DNA of 44,455 bases from contig JBKHDP010000001.1 in the NCBI GenBank assembly GCA_046541255.1, forward strand, positions 1 to 44,455, in the 5' to 3' direction. Positions within the stretch are counted from its first letter, which is position 1. Each line of letters opens with the position of its first letter. The translations under genes were made by a program, and so were the position numbers. The notes beneath the pieces are model-generated. The model ran no database searches. It was not told the origin of the DNA and saw nothing but the letters and a program-made list of their open reading frames with translations. Origin of the DNA: Paracoccaceae bacterium. GTDB lineage: Bacteria; Pseudomonadota; Alphaproteobacteria; Rhodobacterales; Rhodobacteraceae. Of this stretch, positions 8,395 to 17,230 are shown piece after piece.

Positions 8395-11117
8395 GACGCG
8401 GGCCTCTCCAGACTGGGTGCGCTAGGGACAGTGCCGATGGGGTTCGAAAGGCGCCCGGTTCGACCCCGCGTGGCCAGCAGGGCCAGCCCGGCCAGAGGGA
8501 TCAGCCAGATGATGCGGGCCTGGAACCTGTCGTAGGGCGAAGCGAGGATGCCGCAGATCGCGGCGTTCAGCACCACGCCCAGCAGGAGCGCCGCGCAGAG
8601 GATGACAAGGCCCGGTTGTGGCTCCGGCCGGTCACGCCGGTGGCGCAAGGTCCAGCCCAGGGCGCCCAGTGCCAGCAGCGTCGTGCCCCATGTGCTCGCA
8701 TGCAGGGCCGTCAGCATCCAGCCCTCGTTCAGTGCCGTCAGCTCGCGCAAACGGGTTTGCATCCAGCCGGGATAGGGCGCGAACCAGGGCGGCAGCGTCG
8801 CGTCGTCCCGCGGGATCGCCGCGGCGGCTACCATTCCGCCCGCCGGATCGAAGCGCACCAGCTGCTCCAGCCACGCCCGGGCGGCGAAGTCCAGCACGGC
8901 GAGCGGATCATCGGCGAGAACGGCGCGGGTCAGGGCGAATTGCTCGGTGCTGATGGCGATCTGCATCTCCGGCGGGGCGTCGGCGAAGACCCTTTCCTCG
9001 GGCGTGGCGCCCCCGAACAGAAAGGCGCGCCATTCCATCGGCAGCTTGTCGACATGGTCACAGATTTCGAACCCCGCGCCGGGGCAGGCGCGTTGCAGAT
9101 AGTCGACGGCCGGGCCGTCATCCACCAGATGCGCCACGAGATGCGGTCGCGTGAGAAGCACGGTGTCGCCGCCGCGGGTCTGGAGCGTCTTCTGCACCTG
9201 TTCCAGCCCCACCGCCGAAACGGCTGCCAGACCGATCACCGCCGCGCCCCGCCACATCGCCGCATCGCGCAGGGGCAAAAGCAGCAGCGCCGCCGGCAAT
9301 GTCAGCCCAAGCAGAAGGTGGCTGGTATGCGAGACCATGGCGAAGCTGGTGAGGGCAAACAGGAGGCCACGCTCCGGCCAGGACAGCGCCGTCCAGCCGG
9401 CCATCAGCACGGCGATTGCCATCACCAGCACCCCCGACAGGATGTCGGGCATGGCGATTCCGGTGACCAGGCCCAGCGGCGTCAGCAGCCCCAGCGCGCC
9501 GAGGCCCAGCACGAAGCGCCAGCCGGGCGCCAATCCCAGGACACGGGCCCACAGCAAGGCCGCCGGATAGGCCACCATCAGCGCCTGTGCGAAGGCCAGC
9601 GGCCAGAGCCGCCCGAACTCCAGCCCGGTCCAGGCGAAGATCTGGTAGAACATCGACCGCCCGCTGAACAGGATGCGCGGCCCCTCCGGCTGCGGTGCCG
9701 CAGCGACCGGCTCGGCCACGGCCGACGCCGCAACCTCCAGCGCCGACGCGGCCGCCGCCGGAGAGACATCCACGAAAGGCAGCAGCGACAGCAGCCGCAG
9801 GAAGCCCTCGGGCCGATGCAGGTAGATGACGGAATCGTAGTAGACACCGATCCCGCCATTGAACAGCGTGACGGGAAGGAGGGCCGCCGCCCCCAGAACC
9901 ACCCAGGGCCAGAGCGGCGCCGGCGCGCCTCGGACCACTGGAGCCGCGCCGCGTTGCGGGCGCAGCCCGTCAGTCGCCTTGCGCAGGCGGCGCAACAGGC
10001 GCAACGATGGCTCGTCCACGCCCAGCGTGAAAAGATGCGCCAGCCCCAGCGTGACAGCCAGATAGGCGGCCGCCACCAGCGGCTCCGGCAGTCCGAGGGC
10101 GACGCGCTCCCAGGCTACGACGGTATAGAGCAGCGGCACGTGCACGAGGTAGAGCGCGAAGGAGATCCGCCCCAACCATTGCAATGGTGGGCGCTCGAAC
10201 ACGCGGCTGGCAGCGGCCACGAGTTGCACGCCCAGCAGGATGAGGCTTGCCGCCAGAACCGGGACAAGCCCCCATGCATTGCCGGGCTGCAGACGGCCAG
10301 GCAGGATATCCATACCCCAGCGCGCGGCAAATCCCTGCCCGGGAGCGCCCAGCACGATGCCCAGTCCGAGCGCGGCGACGGCTGCCCAGGGCGGCAGGCG
10401 GTCCAGCATCCCGGCCTTGCGCGCCTCGTAGATCAGCGCGCCGGCAACGAAGCACAGATAGGCGTCCCGCAGAACCAGCAGGCCAAGCGCCGCGAAAGCC
10501 GCCAAGGCCACGAAGCGCAGCGCGCGGGCCCATGCGCCCAGCCAGTAGACCAGGAACAGCAGGACCGAGCCGACAAGCTCGATCTGCATGGTCCACAACA
10601 CGTTGTTGAAGGCCGATCCGCCGGTGATGAAATTGCTGGCCAACCCGTCCACAACCGCCGCGCCGACACCGGGCACCGGATCTTGAAGGGTGTAGTCCAG
10701 CCAGTCCGAGGGAGCCTGCAACGAGGCGGCCAGATCGCGCGCCGCCGTCGGGAATGCCGTCAGAAGGGCCCATGCCAGCAGGACACTGGCAAGCACCGGC
10801 AGGGCCAGCCGAAAATAGCGCGTCAGCACGTTTTCCAGCAGATGGCGTTGCCGCCGCTCGGCCGCCGCGGCCATGACGAAGCCTGACAGGACGAAGAACA
10901 CCGACACCGCGAACGGCCCGTTCCACAGCAGGCCAAGGGGCGTGTCCGCCAGCCGGACGGGCATGTCGGTGTAATCGGGCACCCAGGCCGGATGCAGCAT
11001 CGCCAGGTAATGGAACACGACAACGATCAAAGCGGCAAAGCCCCGCAACCCGTCAAAGGCCATGATGCGCCCGGCGGATGACGCCTTTGCCGAGGCTTGC
11101 AGAGCGGGGGCGATCAT
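8391..11117 (-). CDS. fusion: N-terminal acyltransferase_3 (OafA-like O-acyltransferase) plus C-terminal multi-TM GT-C-like glycosyltransferase
   Basis: AT3 motifs DGLRGFAALIVVVFHY, FFVLSGF, RYFRL, LWTMQIE, GRISFALYLVH; a linker; then NGGIGVYYDS..GRSMFY..MPDILSG..SHTSH..DGP..YL..CP..NAAICG.LASPYDRFQAR. RBS GAAGGGAAGA before ATG 11117; 4-nt overlap with UbiA. The GT-C call is inference. Confidence 0.7.
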   Translation of the reverse strand: MIAPALQASAKASSAGRIMAFDGLRGFAALIVVVFHYLAMLHPAWVPDYTDMPVRLADTPLGLLWNGPFAVSVFFVLSGFVMAAAAERRQRHLLENVLTRYFRLALPVLASVLLAWALLTAFPTAARDLAASLQAPSDWLDYTLQDPVPGVGAAVVDGLASNFITGGSAFNNVLWTMQIELVGSVLLFLVYWLGAWARALRFVALAAFAALGLLVLRDAYLCFVAGALIYEARKAGMLDRLPPWAAVAALGLGIVLGAPGQGFAARWGMDILPGRLQPGNAWGLVPVLAASLILLGVQLVAAASRVFERPPLQWLGRISFALYLVHVPLLYTVVAWERVALGLPEPLVAAAYLAVTLGLAHLFTLGVDEPSLRLLRRLRKATDGLRPQRGAAPVVRGAPAPLWPWVVLGAAALLPVTLFNGGIGVYYDSVIYLHRPEGFLRLLSLLPFVDVSPAAAASALEVAASAVAEPVAAAPQPEGPRILFSGRSMFYQIFAWTGLEFGRLWPLAFAQALMVAYPAALLWARVLGLAPGWRFVLGLGALGLLTPLGLVTGIAMPDILSGVLVMAIAVLMAGWTALSWPERGLLFALTSFAMVSHTSHLLLGLTLPAALLLLPLRDAAMWRGAAVIGLAAVSAVGLEQVQKTLQTRGGDTVLLTRPHLVAHLVDDGPAVDYLQRACPGAGFEICDHVDKLPMEWRAFLFGGATPEERVFADAPPEMQIAISTEQFALTRAVLADDPLAVLDFAARAWLEQLVRFDPAGGMVAAAAIPRDDATLPPWFAPYPGWMQTRLRELTALNEGWMLTALHASTWGTTLLALGALGWTLRHRRDRPEPQPGLVILCAALLLGVVLNAAICGILASPYDRFQARIIWLIPLAGLALLATRGRTGRLSNPIGTVPSAPSLERPAS

Positions 11118-11260
11118 CACTCTTCCCTTCGCGCGCTTTTCGTACCCATGCGTTGGGTTTCGGACACTATAGGATGAATCTGGCGAAAAAGGGTTTGGAT
11201 TCGGACGGGTTGGCAGCATTCTCGTTGCAAGAACGTCACCCGACCTTTTCGGAGCCGATG

Positions 11261-11848
11261 ATGGACCCAAAGATGCCGATCCGCGGGCATGACCTGCTGC
11301 GCGATTGCCCGGGCACTGTCCTCGCGGTCGATCTGGACGGCACCTTGATCCTCACGGACATGTTGCGCTCGAGTCTGGGCGGCTTGCTGCGCACAAGGCC
11401 GCTGACGGCCCTTCCGCTGGGCTGGAGCCTTCTGCGCAGGGGCCGGCCGGGACTGAAACAGGCTGTCGCCGCGCGCGCGCCCCTTCTGCCCGCCCAACTG
11501 CCCTACAATCCCGCGGTGATCGCCCTCGTCCGCACCTGGCGCGCCGCCGGCCGCAAGGTCGTGCTGGCCACCGCCGCCGACAGCGCGGTGGCCCAGGGCG
11601 TCGCGGCCCATCTGGGCCTGTTCGATGCGATCCACGCGTCGGGCCCCGGGCACAATCTCAAGGGCCGCAGCAAGGCGAGTTTCCTTGTGGGTGAATATGG
11701 CGCGCGGGGCTTCGTCTATGCGGGGGATTCCCGGGCCGACCTGCATGTCTGGCAACACGCAGCCGGCGCCGCGCTCGCCCGCAGCGACAGCGCGCTGCAG
11801 GCACGCCTCGGCCGCATGGGGATTCCGGTGCAGATCGTATCCCCCTGA
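11261..11848 (+). CDS. HAD-superfamily phosphatase (domain type often fused to UbiA/DPPR synthase)
   Basis: LAVDLDGTLILTDML, LPYNPAV, VVLATA, NLKG..KA, FVYAGDSRADLHVW; GGAG RBS at 11251-11254. Confidence 0.82.
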   Translation: MDPKMPIRGHDLLRDCPGTVLAVDLDGTLILTDMLRSSLGGLLRTRPLTALPLGWSLLRRGRPGLKQAVAARAPLLPAQLPYNPAVIALVRTWRAAGRKVVLATAADSAVAQGVAAHLGLFDAIHASGPGHNLKGRSKASFLVGEYGARGFVYAGDSRADLHVWQHAAGAALARSDSALQARLGRMGIPVQIVSP

Positions 11849-11895
11849 ACTCCTGCACTGCACGCGCTCGGCACAAGGAGCGCCCCGGGGCCGGA

Positions 11896-12600
11896 TCAGA
11901 TCATGCGGATCACATCCTTGTCGATGGCCAGCATGTAGCCCCGCCTTGCGATATTCTTGACCAGCAGTGCGGTGACCAGCTGGTTGCCCAGCCCATCGCG
12001 CAGCCGCTTGATCCGGGTGGCACCCGCCGCCTCGTCGCAATCGGCGGCGGCGCGGCCCGAGATCATCGCCTCGATCTCGGCGCCCGACAACAACTCGTCA
12101 TCCAGCCGTGCCTCGGCCAGCACGCTCAGCGTTTCCATCGCGGCGGCGGTGAGGCGGAATTCGAGGTTGTTGAGATAGACGGTGTTCTCTTCGCGGCTGA
12201 TGAGCAGCTCGTTGACCTGGATGCCCGCCCGCTCGATCTGGGCCATGCGACGGTTGAGCGCCACCAGCATCACCAGGAAGACCAGTGCCGCGATCAGCAT
12301 CGCCGCGGCGAAGATCAGCAGGACGAAGATCACCACCCGGTAGCCCTGCAACGTGTCGGCGAAGGCGGTGCCGGACTGGGCGAGAATTTCCAGCAACTTG
12401 ATCTCGGCCTGGCTGGTCAGATCGTCATTCTCGACGAAGATCCGCTCGACCCTGGCGTTGAAGGCGTTGGCATCGGGCAGCGCCAGGAACAGCAACGCCG
12501 CCGCGCCCAGCAGCAACGCCACGATCGACGCCACCCCCAGCGCCACCAGCCGCCTGCCGGACCGGCGCAGATCAGAAGCGGAGGTAGAACGCGCCTGCAC
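11896..12600 (-). CDS. membrane-anchored (2 TM) regulator with C-terminal OmpR/PhoB-type winged helix
   Basis: Two TM helices around a ~45-aa loop, then FRLTAAAMETLSVLA..ATRIKRLRDGLG..VKNIARRGYML. Start uncertain (GTG 12600 overlaps the upstream gene). Confidence 0.75.
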   Translation of the reverse strand: MQARSTSASDLRRSGRRLVALGVASIVALLLGAAALLFLALPDANAFNARVERIFVENDDLTSQAEIKLLEILAQSGTAFADTLQGYRVVIFVLLIFAAAMLIAALVFLVMLVALNRRMAQIERAGIQVNELLISREENTVYLNNLEFRLTAAAMETLSVLAEARLDDELLSGAEIEAMISGRAAADCDEAAGATRIKRLRDGLGNQLVTALLVKNIARRGYMLAIDKDVIRMI

Positions 12601-12865
12601 TGGCCTTCCTTTCCTCCAGCCCTTCCGGCCCGAAGACCGACATCACGTTGAGCAGGGACCAGCCCTGCGCCGCCAGGCGAGGCGCCAGTTCGTCGGCCGC
12701 GGCCTCGCGGGCGCAGGTCCCGGCGATTTCCGCCACGCCGTAATGCAGCTGCAGCGCGCCGTTCTCGCGCTTGGCCTTGTAATCCGCGAAGCAGTCGGCC
12801 CGGGCCGCCGGCGCGGAAACCGCCAGGGCCAGCGTCGCCGCGAGCAAGAGGATGATGCGTGTCAT
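12572..12865 (-). CDS. small exported hypothetical protein
   Basis: Signal peptide MTRIILLLAATLALAVSAPAARA, then DCFADYKAKR..LHYGV..C..GWSLLNVMSVF; two Cys. Confidence 0.8.
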   Translation of the reverse strand: MTRIILLLAATLALAVSAPAARADCFADYKAKRENGALQLHYGVAEIAGTCAREAAADELAPRLAAQGWSLLNVMSVFGPEGLEERKASAGAFYLRF

Positions 12866-12922
12866 GGCCCGAACCCTGCGCGCGAGGGGCCGGTTTTGCA
12901 ATATCACGCGCGGCGGGACCGG

Positions 12923-12939
12923 CTGTTATCCGATAACAG
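12923..12939. promoter_or_regulatory. perfect palindrome, candidate operator in divergent promoter
   Basis: CTGTTATC-C-GATAACAG; flanked by a second inverted pair GCAATATC (12898-12905) / GATATTGC (12946-12953). Confidence 0.6.
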
Positions 12940-13039
12940 GGGGCCGATATTGCCTGTCGCGCCGGGTCCGGCCGAGCCTGACATCGCATCGCCGCGCCTG
13001 TTCCGGGGCGGTACCCAGCACGTCAAAGGAGACCACTCA

Positions 13040-13582
13040 ATGACCCTCAGATTCCTCGCCTCGCTCCTGGCCGGGGCCATCGCGCTGGCCGGCCTCGCCG
13101 GCAGCCCCGCCCGTGCGGCCGACGAGCGCGACATCGCCAGGATCCTCGCCGGAACCGCCGCGCTTGTCATCATCGGCAAGGCACTTCAGGACAGCCACAA
13201 GGAGGACGGGAAGCGCAAGGTCGTGATCGACCGTTCGCATCCGCGGCTGGAACAGCCGCCCCGTAATGCGCATCGCGACCGGGCCCAGCGGCGCCACTGG
13301 GACAAGCGGGACCGCCGGCACGACTGGACCCGCCGCGACGCGCGTGCCCTGCCCGGCGAATGCCTGCGCATCGTCCAGACCCGGCACGGTCAGCAGCGGC
13401 TGTTTTCGCGGCACTGCCTGCAACGCGAGTATCGCCACGTGAACCGCCTGCCGGGGCAATGCCACGTCCGGGTGCGGACGGAACACGGCCCGCGCACGGG
13501 CTATGCCGCCGCCTGTCTGCGCCGCAGCGGCTACCACCTGGCCGGCGCTGAAACCGGTCGGACAGCGCCGCGCCCCGTCTAA
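13040..13582 (+). CDS. exported hypothetical protein with duplicated LPxxC..C domain
   Basis: RBS AAGGAG, signal peptide ending SPARA, low-complexity R/H/D region, LPGECL..HCL and LPGQCH..ACL repeats. Confidence 0.8.
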   Translation: MTLRFLASLLAGAIALAGLAGSPARAADERDIARILAGTAALVIIGKALQDSHKEDGKRKVVIDRSHPRLEQPPRNAHRDRAQRRHWDKRDRRHDWTRRDARALPGECLRIVQTRHGQQRLFSRHCLQREYRHVNRLPGQCHVRVRTEHGPRTGYAAACLRRSGYHLAGAETGRTAPRPV

Positions 13583-13633
13583 CCGGGGCGCCGCCCCCTT
13601 GCCTTGCGCCGCACACTGGGGGAGAAGCGCGGC

Positions 13634-14264
13634 ATGGACCGCCCCGACCTCTCGCTCGAATCCGCCGCGCGCCGGCGCGGCTGCCTGCGCATCGCGGGGC
13701 TGGACGAGGTCGGGCGCGGGCCGCTGGCCGGCCCCGTCACCGCCGCCGTGGTGGTGCTCGACCCGTCGCGCATCCCCGAGGGCATCGACGATTCCAAGCG
13801 TCTCAGACCCGCGCAACGCGTGGCTCTGGCCGCCGAGATCGCCGCGGTGGCCGAGGTCGGACTGGCCCATGCCAGCGTCGAGGAGATCGACCGGCTGAAC
13901 ATCCTGCGCGCCAGCCACCTGGCCATGTGCCGGGCAGTGGCGCAGCTTGCCGCCCCGCCCGATCATGTGCTGGTGGATGGCAACATGATCCCTGCCGATC
14001 TTTCACATCCCTGCGACTGCGTGGTGGGCGGCGACGCGCTGTCGCTGTCGATCGCGGCCGCCTCGATCGTGGCCAAGGTGGCTCGTGACAGGTTGATGAT
14101 GGACCTTGCGCAACAGTTTCCCGGCTATGGCTGGGAAACCAACATGGGGTATGGCTCGAAAAGCCACATCGCGGCACTTCAAGATCTTGGGGCCACCCCT
14201 CATCATAGACGCTCGTTTCGGCCGGTGCACAATATCTTGTATCAAGAGAAATCCATAAACCTCT

Positions 14265-14266
<2 letters not shown>
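13634..14266 (+). CDS. rnhB: ribonuclease HII
   Basis: [53 protein letters not shown]. Confidence 0.97.
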
Positions 14267-15465
<1,199 letters not shown>

Positions 15466-15520
15466 ACGCGATTTCCAGTCACCGCCGGCGTCCGCAAGCC
15501 TGATGCGGGCGCCCCACCTC

Positions 15521-15546
15521 GGCCCCGCCTCTGGCGGGGTCTTTTT
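15521..15546 (+). terminator. intrinsic terminator after ccrM
   Basis: GGCCCCGCC-TCT-GGCGGGGTC followed by TTTTT; a second hairpin precedes it at 15488-15512. Confidence 0.8.
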
Positions 15547-15635
15547 CGGCTGGGCCCACGCGTGGCGACCCCGGTTGGATTTGGCTTCGCGGCGACCTGC
15601 GCTAGGTTTGCAGGACGCGGCATCGGAGGTCTGAC

Positions 15636-16274
15636 ATGAGCCATGTTCTGGTGATCGGGGCAAGCCGGGGAACCGGGCTGGAGGTTGTCCGGCAGGCGCT
15701 GGCGCGAGGCCACAGGGTGCGGGCGCTGGCGCGCGGTGCCGAAGGCATCGCCGTCGACGACCCGGCGCTTGAACGCTGGCCCGCCGACGCCACCGATCCG
15801 GCGCAGCTCGCCCCCGCACTGGAAGGCGTGGACGCCGTGATCATGACACTGGGTGTGCCGAGGAACCTCGATTTCGTGATCAGGCCGGTCACCCTGTTTT
15901 CCCGCGCCACCGAGGCGCTGGTGCCCCTGATGCAGGCGCATGGCCCGCGCCGGCTGCTGGCGGTCACGGGGATCGGCACGGGCGACAGCCGCGCCGCGCT
16001 CAGTTCCCTGGAACGCCTGCCCTTCCGGGCGATCATGGGACGGGCCTATGACGACAAGACCCGGCAGGAGGCAATCATCATGGCCTCGGGGCTGGACTGG
16101 ACGATCGCGCGCCCGGGCATCCTGACCTCCAACCGGGGCACCGGGCGCTACCGCGCGCTGGGGCCCGCGGACTGGCGCAACGGGATCATCCCGCGCGCCG
16201 ATGTGGCGGCGTTCCTGCTCGATGCGCTGGAGGCCGGCAGCCACCTCGGCGAGGCGCCCGTGCTGGTGCGTTAG
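15636..16274 (+). CDS. NAD(P)H-binding atypical SDR (flavin reductase/BVR-B-like)
   Basis: VLVIGASRGTG, YDDKTRQE, GLDWTIARPG, IPRADVAAF. Confidence 0.88.
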   Translation: MSHVLVIGASRGTGLEVVRQALARGHRVRALARGAEGIAVDDPALERWPADATDPAQLAPALEGVDAVIMTLGVPRNLDFVIRPVTLFSRATEALVPLMQAHGPRRLLAVTGIGTGDSRAALSSLERLPFRAIMGRAYDDKTRQEAIIMASGLDWTIARPGILTSNRGTGRYRALGPADWRNGIIPRADVAAFLLDALEAGSHLGEAPVLVR

Positions 16275-17092
16275 CCCGCGTCCCGGCGCGCCGCCACAAG
16301 CCCGGCCAGCAGGCATTCCTCCAGCCCGTCGCGGATCAGCGGCACCGCCTGCGCGGCCAGCGCGGCGGCCAGCATTGGCGCCGGACCATCCTCGCCCAGC
16401 AGCGCCACCTGCCGCCCCAGCCACCAGGGCCGCGCAGCCGCCAGTTCCAGCCCGGCCAGCGTGCCGGCCATGCCCGCCAGGGCCGCCTCTTGCGTCATCG
16501 CCCCAAGACTCACCGCGTCGCGAAAACGCGACAACAGCGTTGCCGCGGCGGCCGGACGCGACAGGGCATCCTCCATCGCGGGGACGAAAGGCTCGGCCTC
16601 CGGGGCGCCGCGATCGGCTCCCAGCCCCGCTGCCAACTCGCCCAGCAGCGAGGTCTGGAAGCCGACGATCTCGCCGGCGCTGATCTCGGCCCAGGCAGTC
16701 CGCTGGTCGGCGACGCACAGGATACCGTCGAAGCCGGGGCGCCGCCGCAGAAATCCCGCGATGGCCGTCTCCTCGCCGCGCAGCGCCGCGACCGGGCTGG
16801 TTTGCCGCACGCCCCGCACCGCGTTCAGGCGCAGCCCGTCAAGGGCCACCTGCTCGCAGCCCGGCGGGCGGCAGGGCGAGGTCTGCCAGCCCTGCCCGGC
16901 CTCGCCGCAGGCCACGATCGGCACCGTGGGCGTGCCATTCGTCAAGGCCCGCAGACCCTGGGCCAGGTCTGGCGGCGCGGGCCCGTCCAGCCGGCCCAGA
17001 GCGGTGTTGTCCGCGCCCATCGGCCAGGCCAGGAACCGCCCGGGCGACAGCGCGGCGGCGATCCATTCGGTGTCGGGATGCAACTCGTTCAT
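16271..17092 (-). CDS. divergent 2-dehydro-3-deoxygalactonokinase (DgoK)-like protein
   Basis: LRGEETAIAGF, W+EI..GEIVGFQTSLLGEL, LAGLELAAARPWW are DgoK-like; the N-terminal DWGTS and PGTHSKW motifs are missing. Confidence 0.65.
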   Translation of the reverse strand: MNELHPDTEWIAAALSPGRFLAWPMGADNTALGRLDGPAPPDLAQGLRALTNGTPTVPIVACGEAGQGWQTSPCRPPGCEQVALDGLRLNAVRGVRQTSPVAALRGEETAIAGFLRRRPGFDGILCVADQRTAWAEISAGEIVGFQTSLLGELAAGLGADRGAPEAEPFVPAMEDALSRPAAAATLLSRFRDAVSLGAMTQEAALAGMAGTLAGLELAAARPWWLGRQVALLGEDGPAPMLAAALAAQAVPLIRDGLEECLLAGLVAARRDAG

Positions 17093-17230
17093 GGCAGCGC
17101 CTCACCATGCCGGCCGGCCCGCTGTCAAGCGGCCGCGCCTGGGTGGTGGACAGCGCCGGGCCGATCGCGCAGAGTTTCGCCCATCGCCGCGCGGACGAAT
17201 GTCGCGGCAAACGCAGGGGAGAGATCCGGG

